From the NCBI RefSeq assembly GCF_000150275.1, contig NW_002060953.1:2035429-2099428 (forward strand): a stretch of 64,000 nucleotides of DNA, in the 5' to 3' direction. Both the position numbers and the translations under genes were made by a program. Below the pieces are notes generated by a model. That model was not told the origin of the DNA and ran no database searches. It was given only the letters and a program-made list of their open reading frames with translations. Source of the stretch: Trichoplax adhaerens. Taxonomy: Eukaryota > Animalia > Placozoa. Shown here piece after piece: positions 52,920 to 64,000 of the stretch (position 1 is the first letter of the stretch; each line of letters opens with the position of its first letter).

Positions 52920-53569
52920 AGCGCCACCGAGCTCTCCTGGTCGAGTATGGGATACAGAAGCTCTGCTACGATTGGGTGGTCAACAAGCAAGGTTGGCTGC
53001 TATACGAAAGCCTATCTAGGTACTAAAACATGCGAGAAGTGTATAGAGTAGCGTATAGGATGAAGCGAGAAGTGGTTGGATGGCTGTGCCATAGTGATTG
53101 ATGGAGAAAGAGAAAATTCTGCCATAGTATTCGGCGCTTTTTGGATGGCGTAATAGGCTTTAATATGGACTTTAAAGGATGATTACGGTAGTCAACCTAT
53201 CGGCTATCCTCAGACCGTGTCATCATGCCCGCGCTCCAACTCTTACTTTGTGCTGGCTATAGGATACTTTGGAAAATAAGTGTATAGAGTATAGAATGGC
53301 ATACCTGAATGGGTACCAACCCTACGAGACTCCACACCCTGGCGTCGGACTTCCGGTCAGGCGGACTACCCGGGAGAACGGCGGGATGTCATTCCATCCG
53401 TCTGGGTGATGTCAGCGATTCGCTGCTACTGGCTTGATTTCGGACATTGCTCCACCGCCATCAACCAACTTGCAAAGGGCTCAAGATCGTGCTCAAATTG
53501 CACGAGAAAGAATCATCCGGTGTGAAAGATTTCTACAGTAGAGAAAGAGAGAGATAGAAAGGAAGACTG

Positions 53570-55480
53570 ATGGCTAAGGTGTATACCAAGTTAACTCGCT
53601 TTACGCTGCTGCTACAAGCTCAACGCATGTTCATGAGCAATGGCGTCGTTTCTGCTCCACGATACTATCATGCAAGCATTGCATCGCCTGGTTATCCTTT
53701 CATGCAGGCTACCAGCAGCCAGCGTAGAATAGGCCAACGCTTTTATTGCACTCATGACCAGCGTGATTTAACGCCACTACAAGTTAAAACGCTACTGGAA
53801 GAGAAGAGCATTTATCTGATTGATGTTCGTGAACCAGCTGAATTAACGGAGGAAGGCAAAATTAACGGATCGATCAACGTACCATGTAAATAACTATTCC
53901 ATGCTTCTCCAATCTTAACCTGAGCTAATGATTTAAATAAAGGATATGTTGTTTTATTGAACGTAGTGGGACAGTTGGTAGAAGCTTTATCCATCCATGA
54001 TGAGGACTTTGCCATCCGATATGGTGTCGCTCAGCCGGACAAAGAGAATACCAATTTAGTCTTTTATTGTAAAGGTGGAGTCAGGAGTAATCATGCCATG
54101 AAGACTGCAATCTCTCTAGGATATAATCGGTAAGTACTGTAAAATAGGAGCAGCAATGTATTAATGGCTATAGCTTAATGGAGGAAAAATGATAGTCTTT
54201 ACTATCAAGCGATGCAAGGTCTTGCTTTTGCATCTTCCAATGTCAACAAGTAATTAGTTACTCAAGCGGATCGTTGAGATCACCATGAGTGCAGAAATGT
54301 GTTGTCGCTATGTCGCTAGTTCCAATTCTTCGTACGATAAGATACTGTAGGAGCAGCAATGTATTGGTGGCTATAGCTTAATGGGGAAAGAATGATAATC
54401 TTTACTGTCAAGCGATGCAAGGTCTTGATCTTGTATCTTGCAATGTCAACAAGTAATTAGTTACTCAAGCGGATCGTTGAGATCACAATGAGTGCAGAAC
54501 TGTATTGTAGCTCTGTCGCTAGTTCCAATTCTTCGCACTCTAAGATAGGAGCAGCAATATATTGGTGGCTATAGCTTTAATGGCCAAAAAATGATAGTCT
54601 TTACTGTCAAGCTATGCAAGATCTTGATCTTGCATTTTCCAATATCAACAAGTAATTTGTTGTTCAAGCGAATTGTACTACATAGTAGCGATATCGCCAG
54701 TTCCAATTCTTCTTACTGTAAAATAGGAGCAGCAATGTATTGGTGGCTATAGCTTAATGGGGGAAAAATGATAGTCTTTACTGTCAAGCGATGCAAGGTC
54801 TTGATCTTGCATCTTGCATCTTGCAATGCTAACAAGTAATTTGTTGCTCAAGCTGATCGTTGAGATCGCGATGAGTGCAGAAATATATTGTAGCTATGTC
54901 GCTTGTTCCAATTCTTCGCACTATAAGATAGGAGCAGCAATGTATTGGTGGCTATAGCTTAATGTTGAAAAAATAATAGTCTTTACTGTCAAGCTATGCA
55001 AGTAATTTGTTGTTCAAGCGAATTGTATAGTAGCGATATCGCCAGTTCCAATTCTTCGTACTGTAAAATAGGAGCAGCAATGTATTGGTGGCTATAGTTT
55101 AATGGGGAAAAAATGGTAGTCTTTACTGTCTAGCTATGCAAGGACTTGATCTTGCATCTTCCAATGTCAGCGAGTAATGAATGTATTACTCAAGCGGATG
55201 GTGGAGATCACTAGGTAGCCTCCAATTTTCGCTTGTGTCCACTTGACTTCCTTAGTGCAGAAATGTAGTGTACTGTAGCGATGTCGCTAGTTCAAATTCT
55301 TCATAGCGACAATAAAATAGACTACGCGAGTAGAAATTCTTGGCCCAAGATCATCTGAGGCTGCTGCTAGCGATCGATAAACAAGATTACTATTGAAGCT
55401 TATCCTTATTACAGCATCATTTTATTTGCAGAGCGAGACACTTGGCTGGAGGAATAGACCAATGGAAAAAAATGCCTTGA
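53570..55480 (+). CDS. TSTD3: Single-domain rhodanese (TSTD3/TSTD1-like) with a probable mitochondrial presequence
   Basis: Exons 53570-53886 (LIDVREPAEL...GKINGSINVP), 53967-54129 (active site FYCKGGVRS) and 55432-55480 (ARHLAGGIDQW). The N-terminus is Arg/Ser-rich and lacks acidic residues. Confidence 0.85.
54140..55305. repeat. ~200-bp tandem array (6 copies, some internally deleted) in rhodanese intron 2
   Basis: TAGGAGCAGCAAT at 54145, 54348, 54546, 54724, 54929, 55069. Confidence 0.95.
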
Positions 55481-56149
55481 ACAAAATTGGATATCAGTAA
55501 CCATGACTGTATGGTGTATAATATATATCGATACTCGTAAATACTCGTCAATCTTGTAACATGAATGTTAGCTGGCTATCACGTTATTATTCTAAGGTAA
55601 TAACGATAAATCTTTATTTAATTTAATTAGACTACAGCCGATATCAATAGGATTTATTTGCAAATACTGTAGGAATAGCAAGAGAAGGTTAATATTGTGG
55701 AAATACAGTAGAGCATGTAAACACCCGTGTTATTTAGTGAATGACAGATGTCCATCTTGTGCATAGTAACTAGTTTAAAAAACGAGGATAGAAGGCAGTC
55801 TTTATTAGTCTTAGTAGACTGTTACTTGAATGCATAATAGCTAGTAATCCATGGTTGAGGACGATAGGCAGAATTGTTCTGAGTAGAAATACGTTTATTA
55901 CTGGCATTTCTTACAGTTGTTCTGTTCACGCTAGTTCTCAGCCTTAATAAAGTGATAGTGGTTGAAAAGCTGACTATGCCATATCGTCAAATCAATTATT
56001 GTTAACTCTATTTTATTCCTACTGGATTTTTGGAAGTTAGTATGACTGTCTGCAAATGTGTAAAAATAATTTTTCAGCTTAGGTGTAGTTCATATCTCGA
56101 TTTCTATTCTAAATCTAATGCTATAACATCTTAAGGCAAGCTTAGACAA

Positions 56150-58140
56150 CCAATACGACATTGACTACTGTGCAACATTCTCAATCTCATTGCATAAAAG
56201 ATTGCAACAGCTAGCCCATTTCTTAAGGTTGCATTAAACAACTGCTAAGATATTTTTTATACAGCAGTATTCTTAATCTAATTATACAATTATTGCCGTA
56301 GCTAGCCCATTTCTTAAGGTTACATTGGACGACAGATACCACATTCTCCACAGTGTGCCATTCTCGATCGAATGGCATAAAATATTACAACAGCTAGCTC
56401 ATTTCTACCGTAGCGTTTTTAATGAAACGAATTCATGAACCACTAAAAGAAGATACATTTCTAGTGGTCCATGACTATTAATGTGAAATGTATCAATAGC
56501 TCGCGCATTTCTTAATATTGCATTGGACAGCAGATAGGACACGTTCTACTGCAGTAATCTTAATCTATTCGTATTGCAGCAGCTACTTCCCAAGGTAGCA
56601 TTGCAGGCAACTATTGCGATATTTTCTTCTGCAGCATTCTCAATCTAATCGTACAACCTATTGCAACAGCTACCCCAATTCCCAAGATTGCATTTTAGAC
56701 TACTATTGCTATATTTTCTACTACAGCATTCTCAATGTAATCGTATAACCTATTGCAGCAGCGAACCCTATTTCTCAAGGTTGCATTTTAGACAACTATT
56801 GCGATATTTTCTACTGCAGCATTCTCAATCTAATCGTACAGCGTATTGCAGCAGCAACCCCGTTTCTCAAGGTTTTAGATCACTGTTGCCATATTTTCTA
56901 CTGCAGCATTCTATTTAGATTACTGTTGCCATACTTTCTACTGCAGCATTCTCAATCTAATCGTAAAGCGTATTGCAGCAGCAACCCCGTTTCTCAAGGT
57001 TGTATTTTAGATCACTGTTGCGATGTTTTCCACTGCAGCATTCTTAAACCAATCGTATAAGCTATTGCAGCAGCTACCCTATTTCTCAAGGTTGCATTTT
57101 AGAAAACTATTGCGATATTTTCTACTACAGCATTCTCAAAACAATCGTACCACCTACTGCAGTCGCTACTCCATTTCTCAAGATTGCATTTTAGACTACT
57201 GTACTGTTGCGATATTTTCTACTGCAGCATTCTCAATCTAATCGTACAGCGTATTGCAGCAGCGACCCCATGTTTCAAGGTTGCCTTTAGATCACTGTTG
57301 CGATATTTTCCACTGCAGCATTCTTAAACCAATCGTATAAGCTATTGCAGCAGCGAACCTATTTCTTAAGGTTGCATTTTAGACAACTATTGCGATATTT
57401 TCTACTGCAGCATTCTCAATCTAATCGTACAGCGTATTGCAGCAGCAACCCAGTTTCTCAAGGTTGCATTTTAGATCACTGTTGCCATATTTTCTATTGC
57501 AGCATTCTTTTTAGATTACTGTTACCATACTTTCTACTGCAGCATTCTCAATCTAATCGTACAGCGTATTGCAGTAGCGACCCCATGTTTCAAGGTTGCC
57601 TTTAGATCACTGTTGCGATATTTTCCACTGCAGCATTCTTAAACCAATCGTATAAGCTATTGCAGCAGCTACCCTATTTCTCAAGGTTGCATTTTAGACA
57701 ACTATTGCGATATTTTCTACGGCAACATTCTCAATCTAATCGTAAAGCGTATTGCAGCAGCAACCCAGTTTCTCAAGGTTGCATTTTAGATCACTGTTGC
57801 CATATTTTCTACTGCAGCATTCTATTAAGATTACTGTTGCGATATTTTCTACAGCAGCATTCTCAATCTAATCGTACAGCGTATTGCAGCAGCAACCCCG
57901 TTTCTCAAGGTTGTATTTTAGATCACTGTTGCCATATTTTCTACTGCAACATTCTCAATCTAATCGTACAGCGTATTGCCGCAGCAACCCCGTTTCTCAA
58001 GGTTGTATTTTCGATCACTGTTGCCATATTTTCTACTGCAACATTCTCAATCTAATCGTACAGCATATTGCAGCAGTCCCATTTCTCAAGGTTGCCTTTT
58101 CGATCACTGTTGCAATATTTTCTACCACAGCATTAATTCA
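56150..58140. repeat. ~92-bp minisatellite with interspersed ~40-bp truncated units, degenerating leftwards
   Basis: CTACTGCAGCATTCTCAATCTAATCGTACAGCGTATTGCAGCAGC...TTTCTCAAGGTTGCATTTTAGA repeated about 20 times. Confidence 0.97.
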
Positions 58141-58811
58141 TTAATCGTCATCGATTTCATTTCCTTCCCGGATTGTATCTACTCTCCCACTCGTCGATAG
58201 CAGGCACTTTTCACGGCATGCCTTTTACTCAGCTGAAAGTCAACCAGTCTTTCTAAGACAAAATCCTTCACCTACAGTCATTCTACCACTGCATAAGGAG
58301 AAATTCTTCCATTAAACTGTCCATTTCCCCATGAATTCATCCATTAGGAATCATGTTAATGGAGACTTTGAAAAATGGACATGGCTTGCCAAGTGGCGTA
58401 GGCCAATTCCGCAATACGATTTTGTATGGGCTGTCTGGGGCTAACAGGGTAGTAATACTGTATACAGTATAGGCGTCGACAGTCATTCGACGTGCCTGGC
58501 AGTGGACCAGTACAGCAGGATAACATACCCATACGGTAGCCATCAATCCATACAGATCGTGTACTATAAAAGCCAATGGAAAACCAGAAGCAAACTCCAT
58601 TGTGCCTGGACAGGCATGCTAGGGGAGAAGATCTTCGTCTCTGTCTGCCATCGTTGAAGTTCAATTAATTTATCCAGCGATTCTTTTCCCTCCTTCATCT
58701 CTCTCATAGTGACTACATTTGGATTAGAAGAGGAAGGAAAGCTGAAGAAGATTGTTACTGGTGTCTTGTCCATTTATACTGAGTATTGAATGATTGATTG
58801 AACCAGGCAAA

Positions 58812-61800
58812 ATGATTCTCATTTTCGTGCTGGATACAAGTGCTTCCATGAACCAGCAAAGCTACCTGGGCACTTCTTATTTAGATATTACCAAAGGAGC
58901 TGTAGAATATTTCTTAAAGGTAAGCAGCAGTAGCAAAAGCTTTTCTTCTTTATGGTGCAGTGGAAATACTTGCAATAATTGATCTTCAGGGGCTAATCAA
59001 AAATGATGAGTAAGAACTTGATAGGGAGGATTAGCGAGCTTGAAAATGGCGCACAAATTATCATTGATAATTAACCGATACTGTATACAAGTTATTGCAT
59101 GAGTATTGCGACAAGTCTTTGGCGCTACCATCCAGCAATAATTCTTCTTGATGATATAAAGTAATGTAGTTTTGATAGACTGTAGAGTTGTGCTCTCGTA
59201 GAGAAAGACCATTTCCTGCAATCGATGAATACACAAGCTTAACTGCTCTATTTGGATCAAAATCGTAGCAATGGATAGTCGTAGAATGGAAAGGACAACA
59301 ACGATTCTGCTACAGCGATCAGGTTGTCTTTACTGTTAAGATTCAAATCATGATGTCATTGATAGTGTATTTCTAACGCGCTGAAAAGTCATTGAATATT
59401 CTACACAAAGTAACAACAAGTTATAAGGTTTAACAGCCCTTTCCCAATAAAATAACTTGGCTATTGACTGCCATGCAATAGAAATACACTACATAATTCA
59501 GTTGCTTTAGTCCAAATTATGCTTGCTGTTCAGATTCAAATCATGATGTGATTGATAACAACAAGTTAGAACGTTGAATAGCCCTTTCCCAATAAAATAA
59601 CTTGGCTATTGACTGTCTTGCAATAGAAACACACTACATAATTCAGTTGCTTTAGTCCAAATTTTGCTTGCTGTTCAGATTCAAATCATGATGTGATTGA
59701 TAACAACAAGTTAGAACGTTTAATAGCCCTTTTCCCAATAAAAAACTTGGCTAAAGACTATCTCGCAATGGAAACATACTACATAATTCAGCTGCTTTAG
59801 TCCAAATTATGATTGCTGTTCAGATTCAATTCATAATGTGATGGGCAGCATTTTTTTCAACATTTCCGTAAGTTATTGAATATCCTTGAAGGTATAATAT
59901 CCATTCATGGTAGGGTTTAGTACGCTAGTTCTGATTCAATCTTGTAGTAACAAATATGTACGTAAAGCAAAAGCAAAAATGAGCAGAGATGATCTGCACT
60001 ATTCAAAGGGAAACTGAGGAAATTCAATATCATAAAACTCAAAAACTCCCTTAACAATCTAATTGGACGGATACAATTTTAAAATGGTAGCGTATCAAAG
60101 TCTAGCAATATCATTTATTGAATATCCTCGTGGCGGTAATTCGTTTGAAAGATTAAAAGTGCATTCCATGACTAGGTGTTGTACACTTGGTGCCTGAGAT
60201 AGAAGTGATAAATTAATCATACAAGGCTATGTAACTAATTTTAAATGAATTTATTGAATGCCTTTACGGCGTAATACTGTTGATAGGATAATTCATGGTA
60301 ACCTACAATAAAATAGTTCTGATACAGATTGCGGTAGGCAAGCGAGATGATATTGTAAAGTGATTTCAATAGAAATGAATTTTCTACCAAATTCATCGCT
60401 TGCTGAAACCGTTATAATTCCTCTCCTTCGTTCTTGAATTCAACAACTCTAGTGAATGAATCTTGTCAAGTAATATCACTATTTTTAATGAATTCATTGA
60501 ATACCTTAATGGTGTAATAAATAGAATGATTTACGGTAGCCGACAATAAAATAGTTTTGATATAGTTTACGGTAGGCAAGCGAGATGAAATTGTAAACAG
60601 ATTTCAGCAGAAATGAATTCTCTACTAAACTCATCGCTTATTGGAACCATCATTAATCATCATGTTTTATTCTTTTTTATGGAATAATTGTAGTTAAGAA
60701 GCAGAGATCCAGCGTGTCGGACGGATAAATGTATGCTTATAACAACGGATGATCCTCCAGCAATGATCAAGGTAAGAGTATATCAATGGACCAAGATTTT
60801 GATACCCATACTGCATAACAGTTTGGCTTCAAAAATAGCACATTAGCGATAGTACTTCAAGTCTAGAGAATGTAAAACCGAAAAATAACTTGGAAATGAA
60901 CTCATTGATGAAAAGGTTGGCTGGCGTGAGAGTCATTACTCCTTTCTTAATGAACTAAAAAATCTACAAGCCACTGGGTATTCGCAGATGGATTTAGCAT
61001 TGCGGGAAGCCTTCAATCTATTGAATGTCAATCGAATGGTTAGCGGCATCGATAAGTATGGCCAAGGGAGAGATCCTCATTCCATTGAGCCTGCTGTCAT
61101 AATTACATTAACGGATGGATGCAAGCTAACATCAGCACAAGGAATTGCCAATGAGGTAGGCTAGTTTTAAATAAGAAAGATATTACCATCCATTTTAGAT
61201 ATTCCTCCAAGCAAGTCTTTGGCTATCGTCTAATAGCAACATAGACATAGATTCCCTTTCATTAGATAACCTATATTATCATTGATGTCCATGAAAGTAG
61301 CCAAGAATTTCTCTTATTTACATACCATCCTTACCTATTTTTGAATAGTTGATTATACCATTATCGCAATTATCGGGAGATGAACTCACCAAGGAACCAT
61401 TCCGCTGGGATCAACGATTATTTAGTATCGTTATACAGTTTCCTGGTATAATCCTGGATGGCTATGATAAGGTTGTGAATCAATCTGCGATTGTCAATGG
61501 AGATTCGCATTATAATTCAATTTGTGAAGCCACTGGTGGTAAGGATTTTATTTATTACCTTTGAAAACTGATTTTATGTTGAAACGCTGTGTGCAAAGTA
61601 CACTTTACTAAAACTAAAATTCCATCGTCAATCCTATTCCTAAACTATTTAGGAAAGAGTTATCTTGTAGCTTCGCAGAAAGCTTTACACCAGAGTATTG
61701 AATCTATTATCCAAAAATTACATAGTGGTGTCGTAGTCAATTTCGAAATTATGGAGAATCCCGAGGATATTCCAGGTGCACTATTTAACAGTTTTTACAA

Positions 61801-64000
61801 TTTGTTGTGATGTAGGAGTAATTTTCTACGCGTATTTCATGTCATGTCTATTTTATAGATGATGCCAACAGCAGGGAATATGTACAAGTGATAAACACTG
61901 AAGATAGTACATTAATAAATAAGTCGTGGCACAAATGTAGACGAATAATTTATGTTAATACTATCCCAAATGCAAGTGGTCACTGGCCAATACCTGAGCC
62001 TTACACGAGTGAAAATGATGTAGTAAGTTTGCGATAAATTGCATTTACTAGCTGTAAATAATCGGACTTGCTAGCGATCGTTATCATTCTAGGCGTATGC
62101 GCTTATTTTACTGGCCGAAAGAAAACATGCTTAGTATAACTCCATCAATTTCTATTCAAAACACTTGTAGCAACCAAGATTTGCACATCCCACTATAAAA
62201 TTCTCCTGCATTGACCGCGAAGCAATGATGATTGATCGCTTGCCATTTGATAAATATGAACTAGAGCCTTCTCCACTTACTCAATACATATTGGAAAGGA
62301 AATCGCCCAACATTTGCTGGCAGGTAAATACCATTATCATATAAAATAAATTGAAGTTAGCTAATTGCTATAGCATTGATGATCTGATTTCAAATCTGAT
62401 CCATTTTGAATCCATTATAGACATTTATAGCCGGGAGTGACAGAGGCCGCAGTGCTGACCTTCCATTTGGTTATTTAAAAGCTAGCAATAAGATGAATTG
62501 CGTTAATTTGCACGTACTACCATATAATTACCCAGTTTTATTGCCATTGCTAGGTAACCATTAGTATCATTTTGATTGGTCGTTTTATTTATTGTAAAAT
62601 GCCACAATATTAAACAATTTGATCACAATGTCAATTAATAATTTTAAATGCCTTTTAGACGACCTCTTCAGAGTTCATAGATGTAAGCCTGATATGCTAT
62701 GGAAAGAGAAATTTGGCAGATATGTTTTAAATATGCCATCGTATTACGGATCGGTATGCAACAAATCTGAAATGCATGATTATTAGGGCTTAGTATGATT
62801 ATACACTCATAACTAGGCACAATTCATCAAAGTCTGATACTAATAATTAGCATATTTCCCTCTCAGTCCCTTAAAAGGGTAATGTTGTTAATGGGAGCCC
62901 CAATAGGCATAGTACCGGAGCATTTTGATGGCACTCTTAATTTTTCATTATCCAATATGTTGAAAAAACTTCGGACTCAGGTAAGAATATCGCCTCATTT
63001 ATAAAATTGGCAGTTGCAATGATAACTTTTAAATTATCTTAAAAAACTATTAGGCAAAAGTAGAAGCAGATCGAATGATTTGTAGTGTTGGCAAAAAGCC
63101 TAATCGCGAACAATACGTTAATAAATTGCAAAGGAGGTAAATGAAATGAAATCAACGTCTGCAATATCCTTATACTAGTTATTGAAAGTGGAATTTATTA
63201 TTTTAGAACCTTACTGACCATATCGAATAAAAAGCAATCAAATTCCGATATTAATTTTAGGTTTGTAAAAATTTCCAACTGGTTGTTATTAAGTTTGGTA
63301 TCATTGTTGGTCTAATGCTTTATTATAACACTTTTTTCCTAATTATAGTAAAGTAGCCGCAAGTATTTGGCCCAATAATTACATGGGCATCATCGAATCG
63401 AAGCAGGTTGATTTTTATTACTAGTAAAAGGCAGTTAACAACATTTGTGGATGTTTCCTCTTCTTATTTTTACTAAAAGTATGACTTCATTCCTATTTTA
63501 GCGACTTTCAATAGGAGAAATGTTTCGGAATCCATATGATATTCCAAGGTTCCATTTGCTGGAACAGCTGAAACGAATGATTGCCAATTTTTTCAACAGC
63601 AGTCTGCCAGCGAATGGAAGTGAAGGTAATGACTGTCGATTTTACGTAACCTTGGGCTACTTCACTTATCAGATGAAATGTTATCTGTTAACGGCTACGC
63701 CTAAAATATTAACTCTCGAAGAGTTTCTATTGACTATTAGCTTGTACTAATGATTGACCTAATAATTTATTTTACTTTTCCTGATTGACTTAGAGTATCT
63801 TCATGACATACCAATAAGTCAAATGGGAAATTACCAGGAACACATGAAAAGAGTTAGTTCACAAATGCTTCGAGAAGTTGCTACCGGTCAGCAACCGCAG
63901 CGTGTTCATATTTTTGGTAATCCATTCAAGCGTGATCAAGTAGGTGGAATGACTATTACTATGAATACTGCAATATTTTGAATTGCGACATTTGATAATG
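58812..64000 (+). CDS. INTS6: Integrator complex subunit 6 (VWA domain), runs off the 3' end of the window
   Basis: MILIFVLDTSASMNQ, FLNELKNLQA, GIDKYGQGRDP, IEPAVIITLTDG, ELTKEPFRWDQRLF, GHWPIPE, LPFDKYELEPSPLTQYILERK, FRNPYDIPR, PISQMGNYQE, FGNPFK. Confidence 0.97.
59338..59840. repeat. ~146-bp tandem array (~3.2 copies) in INTS6 intron 1
   Basis: AGATTCAA(A/T)TCAT at ~59339, 59531, 59677, 59822. Confidence 0.9.
60286..60650. repeat. Diverged duplication, ~240-bp period, in INTS6 intron 1
   Basis: ACAATAAAATAGTT...CGGTAGGCAAGCGAGATGA at ~60305 and ~60543. Confidence 0.8.

Noticed and set aside
56661-58200. Repetitive Cys/His/Gln-rich ORFs (LLQHSQSNRTAYCSS) suggesting a repeat protein
   Set aside because: The ~92-bp unit is not a multiple of 3, so frames rotate and stop; these are by-products of the minisatellite
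58337-58773. Overlapping minus-strand ORFs as a possible retroelement fragment
   Set aside because: No RT, integrase or transposase motifs; more simply the INTS6 promoter/5' leader
63166-63220. ATATCCTT, a possible U12 AT-AC donor in INTS6
   Set aside because: An ordinary GT-AG intron (~63137-63206) already keeps the frame, and there is no properly spaced U12 branch point

Overview
AT-rich, intron-containing animal genomic DNA with short GT-AG introns and one 50-N assembly gap. The composition and gene style suggest an early-branching metazoan such as the placozoan Trichoplax, but this is inference only. The left ~44 kb is a fast-evolving, immune-like region. It holds a tandem family of single-pass FN3 receptors whose N-terminal domain type has the W-x3-C-x7-C hallmark of class II cytokine receptor / tissue-factor D200 modules: one complete 11-exon, ~712-aa gene, one 3'-partial gene with an ITIM-like tail, and decayed copies. 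It also holds LRRC63 with an upstream RFX X-box, a Death-domain/NB-ARC/WD40 (Apaf-1-like) gene, and that gene's internally deleted pseudogene paralogue, which is interrupted by a solo LTR. The right ~20 kb is a dense block of conserved genes (CCNC, a SEPT2-group septin, a TSTD3-like rhodanese, INTS6) with several unrelated tandem arrays in introns and spacers. Gene models were spliced by hand and family calls come from recalled motifs; no searches were run.
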